Assembly: GCA_965112155.1 (NCBI GenBank)
Contig: OZ218098.1
Direction: 5' to 3' (one strand)
DNA from: Podarcis liolepis
Taxonomy: Eukaryota
DNA length: 64,000 nt
Shown: in pieces, positions 1 through 12,315 of the stretch
Numbering within the stretch: the first letter of the stretch is position 1
Layout: each line of letters opens with the position of its first letter
The notes under the pieces: generated by a model
Told to the model about the DNA's origin: nothing
Database searches by the model: none
Seen by the model: only the letters and a program-made list of their open reading frames with translations
Translations under genes and position numbers: made by a program

Positions 1-22
1 AATTCATTTTGATCCTCCAGAC

Positions 23-287
23 CAGGGGTCGGCAACGTGTGGCCCACAAACACTGTTTTACCAGCCCATGAGCTACCCCCGAACCTAGCCACCCTCTTGG
101 TGAATCCCCCGTGTGCTAAACTGTGGGGACTTGCTGAGTGGCGGCGGAAATTGCGTCTGCAGGTGCGATTTTTGGTGTCTGGACATGCGCAGACACAATT
201 TCCAGTGTTGTGCTGTGCCAGTCCAGCCCACGGATGATCTCTGTGGGAGTGATCTGGCCCATGGCTGGTAAACCTTGCCAACCCCTG
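23..287. mobile_element. hAT-type non-autonomous DNA transposon (MITE)
   Basis: Imperfect TIRs CAGGGGTCGGCAA / TTGCCAACCCCTG; perfect 8-bp TSD CTCCAGAC at 15-22 and 288-295. Confidence 0.85.
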
Positions 288-517
288 CTCCAGACCAAAC
301 ACTCCCCACAGCCATGTATAGTGGTTTATCAGGAGCTCTACAAAGCTCCCTAGTTTAGCTGTCTGCTGGGGACTGTTTATTTTTATTATTATCAAGGGCC
401 TGGTGGGCTGCAATTTGTCTTGGTGTATGTCTGCTTGTGCAGGCCTTCCCAGAACCACAAAATTCAGGTCTCTAAAAAAGCCAGTGGGTTGATCTATCTG
501 TTCTTGGCTTTTTGTAG

Positions 518-637
<120 letters not shown>

Positions 638-2894
638 TAGTATTTCCCTGTCCTCTATGTACAGACCATCTATTTCAGATGCTACATAGCAAGGCAACAT
701 CCAGTAGTTTCTCTGGGAGGGAAGCCTCTGTGCCTCTGGAAGTAGAGGTGACTTCTCTTGCCTCAGGCAAGACCAAAGTTGTGGAATGTCAATCTTTAAA
801 GAGTTTTCACTATGGCAATGATGACTCGAAGGCAGCTGGGGTACCCAGCAGCTGACCTGCACAGATTTATACAGACAGCATTGGAGAGTTGGTGTTGTGG
901 ATAAAGGCTGTTTCGTGTGGTTTAAGTTGCATTACTTTGAAAAGCAGCATGGTTTGATAAAGTTAGCAATGAGCATCAACCTTATGATACCACAAGGATA
1001 GAAAAGGCTATTTATATTAACCAGGAATTTGGTCATCACTGTTTCCTTCTGCTGGCTGAGGTGGCCTGCTCTTCTGTCCATTTCCCTCCCTACAAATGCT
1101 CACCCTTTGACAGGTCTGCTTGGCAGAGCTTAGAACAAATATAAGGGAAGTCTGTTTTTGCTTCTTTTGGTGCAGCAAATACTATCAACAGGGGAGTGTT
1201 GAGAGAATTGGATTATGGGTGCAGTCCTAAGATTCCTGGGAGGATGTCTTGGGGCCATAGAATAGGCAAGATCTACCCATCTGACACCAGAGACTCAGAA
1301 TCCCAACAGTTGAGAGGTGTAGGTGGTTTTGGAGCATGCCTCCTCACTGCTGCAAGTATCTCCTAAGCCTAGGTAGGGTCCCAGAGGAGGCCCCTGGAAG
1401 CAGCTAGGATGCAGAATTCTCCTGGCCCTGCAAAGTGGGCAAAAAATTAGTCACACTCTTAAGCAGTCTGTTACTTCCAGTGTGAGTGATAACATTAAAG
1501 CAGACACATTTAAAGCCGAAAAAGGATCCTGAGCCTGGCAGGGCTTTGGATAAAGTGCCTTCAGTATAGCACTGTTAATGAATTTACACTGGGTTTATTA
1601 TATTTTTAGGTTTGAACATATCAATGTTATGAGACAAGCAACAAATGAATTTTGACAAATATGCTGATAACTAAAAACAACAACAAACAAACACACACAC
1701 AGAAGCAATAACAACTGGGTGTCCCTTTTTGTTGAGTCTTCACTCCTAGTCTAAAACGAAGTATTGCAAGATTCCAAGCCAGTTCTTGCATGCTGTGGCC
1801 ATTGCTTCTAGTAGTATGTGGGGTTGTGAGACTCAGCCAGGCTGGAATTTCTCAGATGTTGTTTGTATGATAAATGAATAGCCTGATTCCTCTGGTAGTG
1901 CTGGCTCGGGGTCAATAAGGCTTCTCAGGCCAGGAAGAGATGAGAGGTGTAGAGAAGGGCATGCGAATTGACTTCCCTTAGTCTTTTTACACTCCTTTAG
2001 AAAGTCATCATCTAGAGATGATGCCTGAACAAAAAACCCTGGGAACAGGCTTTTCAGCCTTGGGAAGGTCTATGATAGAGCAAGTTGAACAACTGGCTGT
2101 AGTGTAAGAGACCAGATACCAAATAAATTGAATCCTTGTCAATCAAAAGCACAAAGCAGTGGAGCTACAGTGTAGAGAAGTGTATTGTTGCTAAAACTGC
2201 TGCTCTAAAACTGGCAGACAAGAGCTCTTCTTTGCTTCATTTCCCGACCACAGTCCTTTCCTGACCACAGTCCTTCGATAAAATTTTAAATAGCACTTAA
2301 TGGATCGGCAAAGGGCATTTTTCCCCTGCTCCCAGTGGTCAAATTGGAGAGCTTAGTCATGGTTTCCCCTTCCATTCTCTTTTCAGAGCAATACCATCTG
2401 AAAACAGTAGCTCCAGAAGGGGCCTGGGCTTTGCAGAAAAGTGGCTTGATTTTTTGTCTTATGTTTCTAAACAGGGTCTAATTGAAAGCAAAATTACATA
2501 CATATAAAACATTTAATCCTTTTTAAGGGAGAAGTAGCAGTAGAATTATGATGGCAATAAGGGATGTCTGAAGCCATAGCAGCTGCTCTTACATCCAGAT
2601 GAACAAAGGTGATTTAGTACAAGCAGCTATTTTACTGTTAGTTTCCAAAACACTCTAAGCTAACACTTGGAAGAACACAGCCGGTTTCTTACAGAGCAAT
2701 CATTAGGACTTCAGGTTCTCTGAAGCACAAATTCCCTTTATTCAGCTCATAAATCTGCCTCAAAGATGTCCTTCTGCTCCTGTGGGCCCAATTATTCCTC
2801 TCTTCCAGTCATGCTTTGTGCATTCAATTTGTCTGGAATTGTAACATGCATTATGAAATTTATTTTGAACAAACAAATGTGTTTATTTTTGCAG

Positions 2895-3068
2895 ACTATG
2901 CTGTGACTGCACACTCCAAGCTGGTCATCATCACTGCTGGAGCCCGCCAGCAAGAAGGCGAGTCTCGCCTTAACTTGGTTCAGCGCAACGTGAACATCTT
3001 CAAATTCATCATTCCCAGCATTGTCAAGTACAGCCCTGACTGCAAGCTGCTTGTTGTTTCAAATCCAG
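2895..3068 (+). CDS. LDHA: LDHA coding exon ([32 protein letters not shown]...VVSNP)
   Basis: 174 bp, AG/GT, substrate loop [11 protein letters not shown]. Confidence 0.97.
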
Positions 3069-4540
3069 GTTGGTTGTGTCCTATTCTTAACTGCTTATGG
3101 ACCATAATTCACCCTCCAGTCCTTTGAAAGGAGAAATTGCTTGCTTCCAAGAAGGAAATCGGGGAATCCTGAAATCATTCCAAGTTTTCCCTTGGCCATG
3201 AAAAGGAAAATATCTATTCCACCAGGACATCATGGTTTAACACTTAAGTTTCAATTCTGAAGTGGGACCTGCAACTAAATATCGTCCCATGGAGTGCTCC
3301 TGCTCAGGGTTCTATTCAGCCATGCCCTTTCCCAGAACACTCCATTCTCTTACCTCTTTTCATGTCCCCACTGTATCTACTCAGCAGCCAATCATCATTC
3401 CATGCCCACTGATGATGCTGTCTTTCATTGGGCTGTTACAGGTCACATCCTTCCTTTTCTAAAGATTTCATGGACTTCTGGGTTCCATAAACTTGCTCAT
3501 AACTCCTTTTTGAGTGTGGGTGGTGCTGTTTTGGCTATATAAGGATCTTCATTTGAAGAATGATTTTGCTATCTAGTATCTACGATGATTGGAACTATGG
3601 TGGTGACAATCGTGGCTAGGGTCTGTTAAGAGATCACATCATTCCACTGTCTCATGGGAAATACAGCAGTACTTCCATGTTTGACTGTTAGGGTGCAGTC
3701 TACAGGAAACGCCTAACTTTTCCCCATGTAAAACGAGGTGCTGTGCCTAGTACCTAGCTGATAGCTCATTTACACTATTACTCTCTGTGACAACACACTT
3801 ACACACTCTTCTCTGATCTATTTACACAGTGGCTGCATTCAGATGCCCTGGTAAATCATGGTGGATGGACCATAGCTCAGTGTTGAAGTGTGTGTTCCTA
3901 ACATAGGAAAGTCGAAGGTTCAAACCCTGACATCTCCAGATAGAACCAAGAAAGATTCCTTGGCAATGCCAAGCTGGATGGACCATGGCCCCAACTCTGT
4001 AAGGCAGCTCTTGAATTCCTATGAGCCCTGGGGTCATGTTCCCACACCCAGCCCTTGTGGCTATGAGGTTGGAAGCTTTCTTTTTGATGGGTTCAGAAGA
4101 ACAAATAAACTGTAGTTAATAAGGAAGTGAAAGCTTCAAAACTCATCCTCAGGGCTGGAGAAGATGGGAACAGGTGCAAGCCCAAGGCTCTCCTAGTCTT
4201 GCTTTGACCCCAGTAAGCCATAGCTTACCATGATGTCTGGATGCAGAAGTTCAGGAAGTTAAACTAGAGACTTTGGCAAAAGGAAAGAGCTTTGGTTGCT
4301 CTGCTGGGTAAGAGCTTGGGGAGGTGTTGGGATACTTGCAAGATGCTATGTCCTGCTTCAGTCATGCCTGCATGCCCTGGTCCCAAGTGAGATATCGCTC
4401 CCTGCGTCCTCTGTAAGACACAGATAATTCTGGATCGGTGCTGTTAACTCACAGGGGACATCTACTAGGAAAGTCTCCTAGTCTTGCTTTGACCCCAGTA
4501 AGCCATAGCTTACCATGATGTCTGGATGCAGAAGTAAATA

Positions 4541-4576
4541 ATTCATTCATTCATTCATTCATTCATTCATTCATTC
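4541..4576. repeat. (ATTC)9 microsatellite within a local duplication
   Basis: Read directly from the sequence. Confidence 0.95.
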
Positions 4577-4816
4577 ACAGGGGACATCTACTAGGAAAGT
4601 CAGAACCATAGTACAGAACCATCACTCTTGCCTGAGCACCTCATATTAAAATGAGAGGATTGTAAAGAAGCTCCTCAATATTCCCTCTGCCCTTTAACTG
4701 CTACCTGGAGCCAGGATGGTTTTGGCATTTCATCATTAAGGTAGCCTTGTGTAGAACAGATGAAATTAAACAGCCTCTCTTTGTGGAGAAGGATTGCAGA
4801 TTCCCAGTGCTCTTGA

Positions 4817-5149
<333 letters not shown>

Positions 5150-5212
5150 TGATGGTAACAGTACCTGGTGAAAAGGAGAGCAGCAGAGCATTTCCCAGAT
5201 CTACCTCTTGAA

Positions 5213-5420
5213 CGTAGAATCGTAGTTAGAAGGAACCTTTGAGTAATTTAGGCTAGTCCCCTGCTTAATGCTGGATCCTCCAATGCAGGGTGCATGTACA
5301 GCATCCCTGATAAAGAACCATCCATTGTCTACTTAAATGCCTGCAATGAAGGAGAGCCCATCGCCTCCAAAGGCAGTCTTCCATTGCTGAGGAATTCTTA
5401 TCATTAGGAAGCATCTCCTA
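5213..5420 (-). mobile_element. CR1 LINE 3' fragment
   Basis: TAGAATC tail and CR1-like 3' sequence, similar to copies at about 40808 and 49805; boundaries approximate. Confidence 0.6.
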
Positions 5421-6649
5421 ACACTGGGTTAGGTAAAATAGTTTTCTCCGGACGTTGCTGAACTACAGCTCTTATCATTGACCATGATGGGCTGATGGGG
5501 AGTTGGAATCCAACAAATGACAGCTTTTTGGAAATTTGAAGACTGCTATAGAATCGTTGACCACATGAGACTTAGGTGCTGGGCAAACCCACAGAGAGGT
5601 TTCCATACTCTTCCCTCTGTATGGAAGTTAGGAATATAATCTAGCTGTCCCTACTGCATGAAGTAACACTAGATGGTCTATATTTGACTTGAGCAGCTCT
5701 GTTGCAAAAGGTCAGCTTTGTAATCCAAGTAGGCCAAACCCTACCAGGCTAAATTCTACCCTTTACTCCTAACTGGGGAGTTCACAGTAAATCCTTTTCA
5801 TGTCAGAGACCCTTGCATGCTGGTCTTCAGTAAAGCAGTTGCAAGTTACTTGTCTTGGCCCCTCTGTCATCCTATATTTGGGAGTTGTGTGATCTCATAC
5901 AGCCCTGCACCAATACTGCCACTAGAATTCTGCTTTGATGCATAAACTCAGATTCTACTCTACTACTCCTCTATCCCGTCTCACAGCAGTGAATATAAGC
6001 ACAATCCCCTCTCCCCTCCCAAGTGCCCTGTTCTGGGGTTTCTCTCCCTCTCTGACACCCCAAGCCAATTGGTGGTGGTGGTGGGGAGGTAGAGGGGAAA
6101 GCCACAGTGCGCTACCACAAGTCCTTGCACGAGCTTCCATTAGCAGGCTTCATTACTTGAATCTGGCCCTCAGCTGTGTACTTGGCTGCTTGCTTGCCTT
6201 AGGTGAGCAGCTGCCGCCGCCACACTCATCCTTGAATGACAGATTATATGCAGTGTATGGTTGCCAAGCCCTGTGCGTGTGGTCACAGCACTTTTGCAGT
6301 CTTTCTTCTGCCCCAAGGGCTATGGACCATTTTAGGAAGATGTGTGTGCATAGCCACAGCAGGATGAAAACCCACCCTTTTCCCTGGGTTTATGAGTTAA
6401 AAGGAACAGGTCAGTGGCTAATCCAGCATGGATGAGAACAAGGATCCATCTCCACTGCCTGTTAGCCAAAGTTTAAGGGGAAGGTATGTGTGCGTAGCAA
6501 GATTCTTAGTAATTATAAAACTGTACTTGGTACATCATGCTACATTAACTGCCCAGCTCAGATCTGTTCGAAACACTTGTGAATCTTACTTTCTGTGAGG
6601 TTGGAAAACGTTCTAGATTGCTCAGAAAAATCTCCTGCATTTTATTCAG

Positions 6650-6767
6650 TGCCTGTCTGGAGTGGCGTGAATGTTGCTGGCGTCTCTTTGAAAACTTTGC
6701 ATCCAGACATGGGGTCTGATAGTGACAAGGAGAACTGGAAAGAAGTCCACAAGCATGTGGTAGAAAG
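6650..6767 (+). CDS. LDHA: LDHA coding exon ([40 protein letters not shown])
   Basis: 118 bp, AG/GT, phase consistent. Confidence 0.96.
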
Positions 6768-7777
6768 GTAATCTTTATCTTGTCTCTGTGTGAGAGAGGA
6801 AATGGGGTTCCACTGCGCTTCCAGAAATTGCCTGTGTCTCATTTTCAAGGATGCCACAGCCTACATTGCTTCAACGAGGTCCCCTGATCCTTAACGGAGC
6901 ATTTTTGCCCCATGACATGCACTTAACTTTGGACCAAACCCCTTCGTATTCCCACAATATAATCTCCAATTGTCTAGTTTTTAAGAAATATTGATTTAGA
7001 GTGCTGTTTACAGTGTTCAGATTACTGGAGAGTGCTTTTCCAGTGTTGGAAACCACTGTTCAGCAGTTAATTTCCCTTTGTTGATAGATACTATATAGCA
7101 ATCCCTATATTCTGCACTGTGGAATTTGAATGTTTTGAAAGCGAAATAAAGTAAATTCTGCATACATTTCACATTCCTGAAGGACTGATCCATTTACAAA
7201 CTGCCCTGGTTTACGTAACATGCTGGGTAATAGTTAATGTTAATGTTTAACTACCATTACATGTGAATTAGCAGCTTGTTAGTGTAGGCGTCCAGAAATC
7301 CAGATTGCTTCACCCTCATTCTTGCTTGCGCTACATGCAACAACCACAAGCTGTGGCTTGTTGTGCCATATAATCTGAACCCTGATTTTAATCTTTTTAA
7401 ACAAACCATTGTCTAACTTTGCTCAGACAACCTGAGAAGCCAAGGCTGGTAGTTTCTCTTCTCGCCCCCACCCCTAAATGGTGTGGCTAGGAAAGGAGAA
7501 GGGACACTGCAAGGACTTTGAGCATGCTGCTCATTTGTATTTAATGTTTAAATATTAACTATGGCTTGACAAAATATGCAAGCAAAGCTACTCCATGCAG
7601 GCACCAGCATCTCTACAGGGAAAGGCTAGTAGCTTGCTTGTAAAAATAATAAATTAATAGATCTAATGCCTGCAACAGATGCCGTTTGGAAATAGAGGAT
7701 AAGTAGCCTCAGATGGACTTCATCTGAAGTACAGATGGACAGCTATGCTGTTGCTTAATAGACATGATTCTTTTTAA

Positions 7778-8008
<231 letters not shown>

Positions 8009-8188
8009 TAGTCAAGCTAACAGAGGCAGTAGCTGCCAAAGCAAGTAAATGAGTTTGCTTTAAATAAGGAACAGATCTCCCTGCAAGGATGGCGCTTTCT
8101 CCCCCTTCCCACTAATGGGGAAAGCATTTATTACATGCAAATCAACACATTATTTAACTGGCTTCTTTCTTTTTACTGTTCTTTCTAG

Positions 8189-8353
8189 GGCATGCATGGA
8201 ATTAAAGATGACGTCTTCCTTAGTGTTCCTTGTGTCCTGGGCTACTCAGGAATTACCGATGTGGTGAAAATGACCCTGAAGAGCGAAGAGGAAGACAAGT
8301 TGAGGAAGAGTGCAGATACGCTCTGGGGGATCCAGAAGGAACTTCAGTTTTAA
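8189..8353 (+). CDS. LDHA: LDHA last coding exon ([18 protein letters not shown]...[10 protein letters not shown])
   Basis: 165 bp to TAA; KELQF C-terminus typical of LDH-A; synteny with TSG101. Confidence 0.96.
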   Translation, partial: GMHGIKDDVFLSVPCVLGYSGITDVVKMTLKSEEEDKLRKSADTLWGIQKELQF

Positions 8354-8964
8354 GCCTGATGTCCTATCACTTCACCGCTTAACTAGTGTTTAATGGGTCT
8401 TAGTGGATTGTCTTGTTGCACTTTTCAGATAGATCAACTCCCTTTACGATGTGTGTCAACTACCAACACAATGCAGAGCTAAATTTGCAAATGAAATGCC
8501 TATTTTATCCAGTAGGAAACTTGCAGCTCCTGTTTACCACAACCCCGGTCTGTGGCCAGAACTGGAAGAACCTAGTCTCTCTTGTTAAGTGGTGTAAAAG
8601 TAGATCCAGCATGCTCTGAAACAACACTGCCAAATGGAAGCTTCCTGCCTTTCCGCAGCTAAACTTTAGTCACTCAGAAGAGAAGAGCTCAATTGGTCTT
8701 CCAAAAGCTGTAGAAAACCAAAGAATATTTTGTGATCAAAAAGGATTGGCAGATTCACTGACCAATATTCTCTGCTTAACACATGACTTAAATTTCCAGT
8801 ATTGAGCAGTTCTAAATGTCCTTTTTCCTTAGTCTTTGTGCATACTTTTCAAGAGAACTATGTGTACTCTAGAGGAGTGTCTTAAATGTTATGTAAAAAA
8901 ACCTCTGTATGCAACAATTACAACTGATGCAATTGTCTAACTGTAGTACCAGCCCAAGCAACAA

Positions 8965-8970
8965 AATAAA
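8965..8970 (+). terminator. probable LDHA polyadenylation signal
   Basis: AATAAA about 610 nt after the stop, followed by T/GT-rich sequence. Confidence 0.65.
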
Positions 8971-9069
8971 CAGTTAACTGCTACTTCTCTGGGTCTATAT
9001 GGTTGGCCATAAACATGACTAATCTTCAATCTCCAGGTTTTGTACAGCAGTTAATAGACACATGCACCC

Positions 9070-9075
9070 TTTATT
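9070..9075 (-). terminator. probable distal TSG101 polyadenylation signal
   Basis: AATAAA on minus strand; another candidate at 9428-9433. Confidence 0.5.
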
Positions 9076-9795
9076 GCCATGTAAGCCAGGGTGGGCAGAG
9101 AACAGATCTGTGTTAAAGTAAATCAACAAGGATTAATGACTCCCTCCCGCATACAGCTAAAATGAAAGTCAGAGGGTGCAGGTTAATCAACAGTGCATTA
9201 TTGTAATGGTCCCCAAGACTAAATCTGATCAAATGGACAATGTGCCCTATAACTGACTAAACTAGCAATGTTATTGTGAATAGGGGGGCTGATAACTGAT
9301 CTGCAATTCTAAGCATACATAGTCCCCTTGAACAAAATGGGCCTTATTTCTTCTGTATAAGTATGCAGAGGATGAGGCTAGAAAACAAACACACATTTTA
9401 TCCCAACCTGCTACTAACTTCTACGCTTTTATTATAAATTAATCTTGAAAGTACACGTATGAAGTTTCCAGCTACATTCTACATTAGACAAACTTGAGAC
9501 TACAGCAGTGGCATTCGTTACACAAATGTCTGTAGCACCCCCAAAAAAGTGTTAACACAACAAATTTTATTTAGCCATCAGCCCACAAATGCAAAAGGTT
9601 TACAGAGAATAGAAAGTGCATTAATAAAGCTAGTCCTTACCAAAACAAAAAGAAAAAAAGAAAATATATTATCCATTCAAAATATTTTACAAGTTGAATG
9701 ATGTAATAACTTATTCTGGCCACTTACTGATTAAAAGGAAAAAATAAATGAGGATATGACCACTTGGACTACACCACTCTTCCCTAAGCCATGGG

Positions 9796-9885
9796 TCAGT
9801 AGAGATCACTGAGTCCTGCCGTTTTTCTTGCTTTCTGCATAAGTGCCCGCAGCTGAAACTGCTTGCGAGACAAGAGGCGGACATG
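9796..9885 (-). CDS. TSG101: TSG101 exon 10 (HVRLLSRKQFQLRALMQKARKTAGLSDLY*), steadiness box
   Basis: 90 bp, AG acceptor, TGA stop. Confidence 0.97.
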   Translation of the reverse strand, partial: HVRLLSRKQFQLRALMQKARKTAGLSDLY

Positions 9886-10150
9886 CTGAAAAGAAAAAAC
9901 AGGCCAGGGTAAATCATCTGAGCACGATCTATAACATTTTAATTTGATCAACTTCAATAGGGTATCTTCGTTATTGATAAATGAATATTTAGGTGCAGAT
10001 TTTGAATTTAAAGACAACTTGAAAAGTAAGATACCATTTTGACTGGCATTTTGTCTTCGACTGTATGTCCCAATAATTTCAATGATGCAAATTTTGACAT
10101 TTTTAGATTCTTATAAATTAATTTTGTGTAATGGTTCATGTAACATATAC

Positions 10151-10286
10151 CAGTGTTTCTGAAACTTGGGGCCCCAGCTGTTGTTGGACTACAACTCCCA
10201 TAATCCCTGACAACTGGTACTGCTAGCTAGGGTTGATGGGAATTGTAGTCCAACAACAGCTGAAGACCAAAGCTTCAGAAACAGTT
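10151..10286. mobile_element. short palindromic MITE (GGACTACAACTCCCA family)
   Basis: Internal inverted repeat; related copies near 29300-29525, 47165-47260 and 63200-63330; ends approximate. Confidence 0.65.
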
Positions 10287-10754
10287 TACTAGACACATGC
10301 AGTCACCCACACAATAACTTGAATCAGCCAAAATGGGAAAAGGTAAAGAGGGCATTTGGTTGGCCATACAGCTACAAGCACGTCCTCAAGACCCAAAAGC
10401 TGAAACTTATCCCACAAAACCTGACCAGACAGTGCATTAAATGCCTCATTCAGACCTGTTACAAGAAGAATATATACACAGTGGTCCAACTCATCATGGG
10501 AAGACAAGTTATTCTGTACTACAGGCTTATATCTTCCTGGCTGTCAGGTGTGTAAGGCTCTAAACTACAGCTTTGCTGATGTGTGAGAGAGATAACAACA
10601 GTCACACTCTGGTACCATCCAATGCATTTGAAAACCCTCCCTTCTTCCCTACATTTGAAGAAGCATTAGAGTTAAGAACTAGGAACACAACTATTGGTTT
10701 CAGTGGAGCAGAAAAACTACATGAACGTACCTTTGAATATTTACTCAAACTTAC

Positions 10755-10994
10755 CTTTAGAAAGATATCAAGATCAATAACTCCACGTCTCAATGCTTCA
10801 CCCAGGTAAAAGATGGTATCTTCAATGGCATTTTCCTCAGCATACAAGTTCAGAATTTGTTTGTAAAGTGGCGCTGTAGGAACAATAACTTCGTCTATGT
10901 CATTATTTTCTGACTGACTCTCCATTTTTTCCAAGGCAGAACTCAGCTCTTCGTCTTTCTTTTTCAGGAGGTCAATGTTCTTGTCAACTTCAGC
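10755..10994 (-). CDS. TSG101: TSG101 exon 9 (AEVDKNIDLLK...VIVPTAPLYKQ...DLDIFLK)
   Basis: 240 bp, AG/GT, internal PTAP motif. Confidence 0.97.
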
Positions 10995-11500
10995 CTAAAA
11001 TTTAAAAAATTATAGGTTTGTTTTAAGATGCCTTGATACCTATTTAATCAACACCCTAAATTTCCTTTTAAAGTCCATGGAAGGGAGTCCCAGGTATCAC
11101 AGGAAAGAGGTTTCCCTCCTGCCCTCAAACATCTATTGCATGTGAAGAAATTACCCCCACGCTGCTCTGAGGGCAATAATGGCAAAAAAGGTGCCTGCCT
11201 GGGGAAACTTGGGATCCACTGAATCCCAAACTCTCCTGTTCCCATAACATACCTCTGGAACGGGGTGGGGAGGGAGTACATGGTCCTGAAGCTGGTGTAC
11301 TCAGTTTCCCGTCCTTTGGGCACTAGACGGGAAAACGGGGTGGTAGGCAGAGTGGGCAAAGGACAGGGTAGTTGCAAAAGGAAAAAGCCAGGATGGGTGC
11401 TACAACACCACCTTCTGCCCTGCCAGCATAAGGCCGGCAGGACTTTGGGTGTGGCAGTTTCTTTGCCTCAGTAGGATTGCTCCGTAACACTTTAAGAGTA

Positions 11501-11718
11501 CAGTGGTACCTCGGGTTAAGTACTTAATTCGTTCCGGAGGTCCGTTCTTAGCCTGAAACTGTTCTTAACTTGAGGTACCACTTTAGCTAATGGGGCCTCC
11601 TGCTGCCGCTGGAGCACGATTTCTGTTCTCATCCTGAAGCAAAGTTCTTAACCTGAAGCACTATTTCTGGGTTAGCGGAGTCTGTAACCTGAAGCGTATG
11701 TAACCCGAGGTACCACTG
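11501..11718. mobile_element. Tc1/mariner-pogo type MITE, family A
   Basis: TIR CAGTGGTACCTCGGGTTA, TA TSD on both sides; inverted copy at 61497-61721. Confidence 0.9.
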
Positions 11719-12112
11719 TATTTATGTACGAGAACAGCATTTAACTGCTTATTTGGATGTTCTCAAAATTTCACCATTCCTGTGCTACTGACCTTGTAAA
11801 TAACCATAGACACAGGACAAATAATTGTAATGTCTCTGCAGTTTTAAGACCACTATCCTCACTTGCAGATAATGAATCAGTGGTGAAGAATAGATGGCTA
11901 AAAAGAAAAGGGCTAAATTTTTCATTTCCTATAACACCTACCACACAATGGATGCCAAGAGCTACAGGCAACAGAATCTACTGCAAGGAAGGAAATGTTC
12001 CAGCTGCTTTGAGCAACCAAAAAGGCTTCGTTGTTGTTTGAAAAGACATGGGAAGTCATGAGCCCAATGCTTTTAATTGCTTAAAAGGAAAAAGGCCTTT
12101 TCGTTTGCTTAC

Positions 12113-12315
12113 CACTTCCTGGTCTAGGCGAGTTACCATCTCTTCAAGCTTTTGGTGACCTTTTTTCAAGTCTTCCTCTGTGCGCTTCAAGGCATTGAGC
12201 TCTGCCTGGGCACGGTCCATTTCTTCTTTCATTCTCCATCTCAGCTTATCACTGACTGCTGAAATAAGCGAAGCTCGAATGGTATCTTCGCTAATGGTGC
12301 CATCTCTGCTGGGAC
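12113..12315 (-). CDS. TSG101: TSG101 exon 8 (GPSRDGTISEDTIRASLISAVSDKLRWRMKEE...RLDQEV), coiled coil
   Basis: 203 bp, AG/GT, phase 1 acceptor. Confidence 0.97.

Noticed and set aside
8351-8360. Possible stop-codon readthrough as known for LDHB
   Set aside because: The stop is TAA GCC, not the TGA CTAG readthrough context
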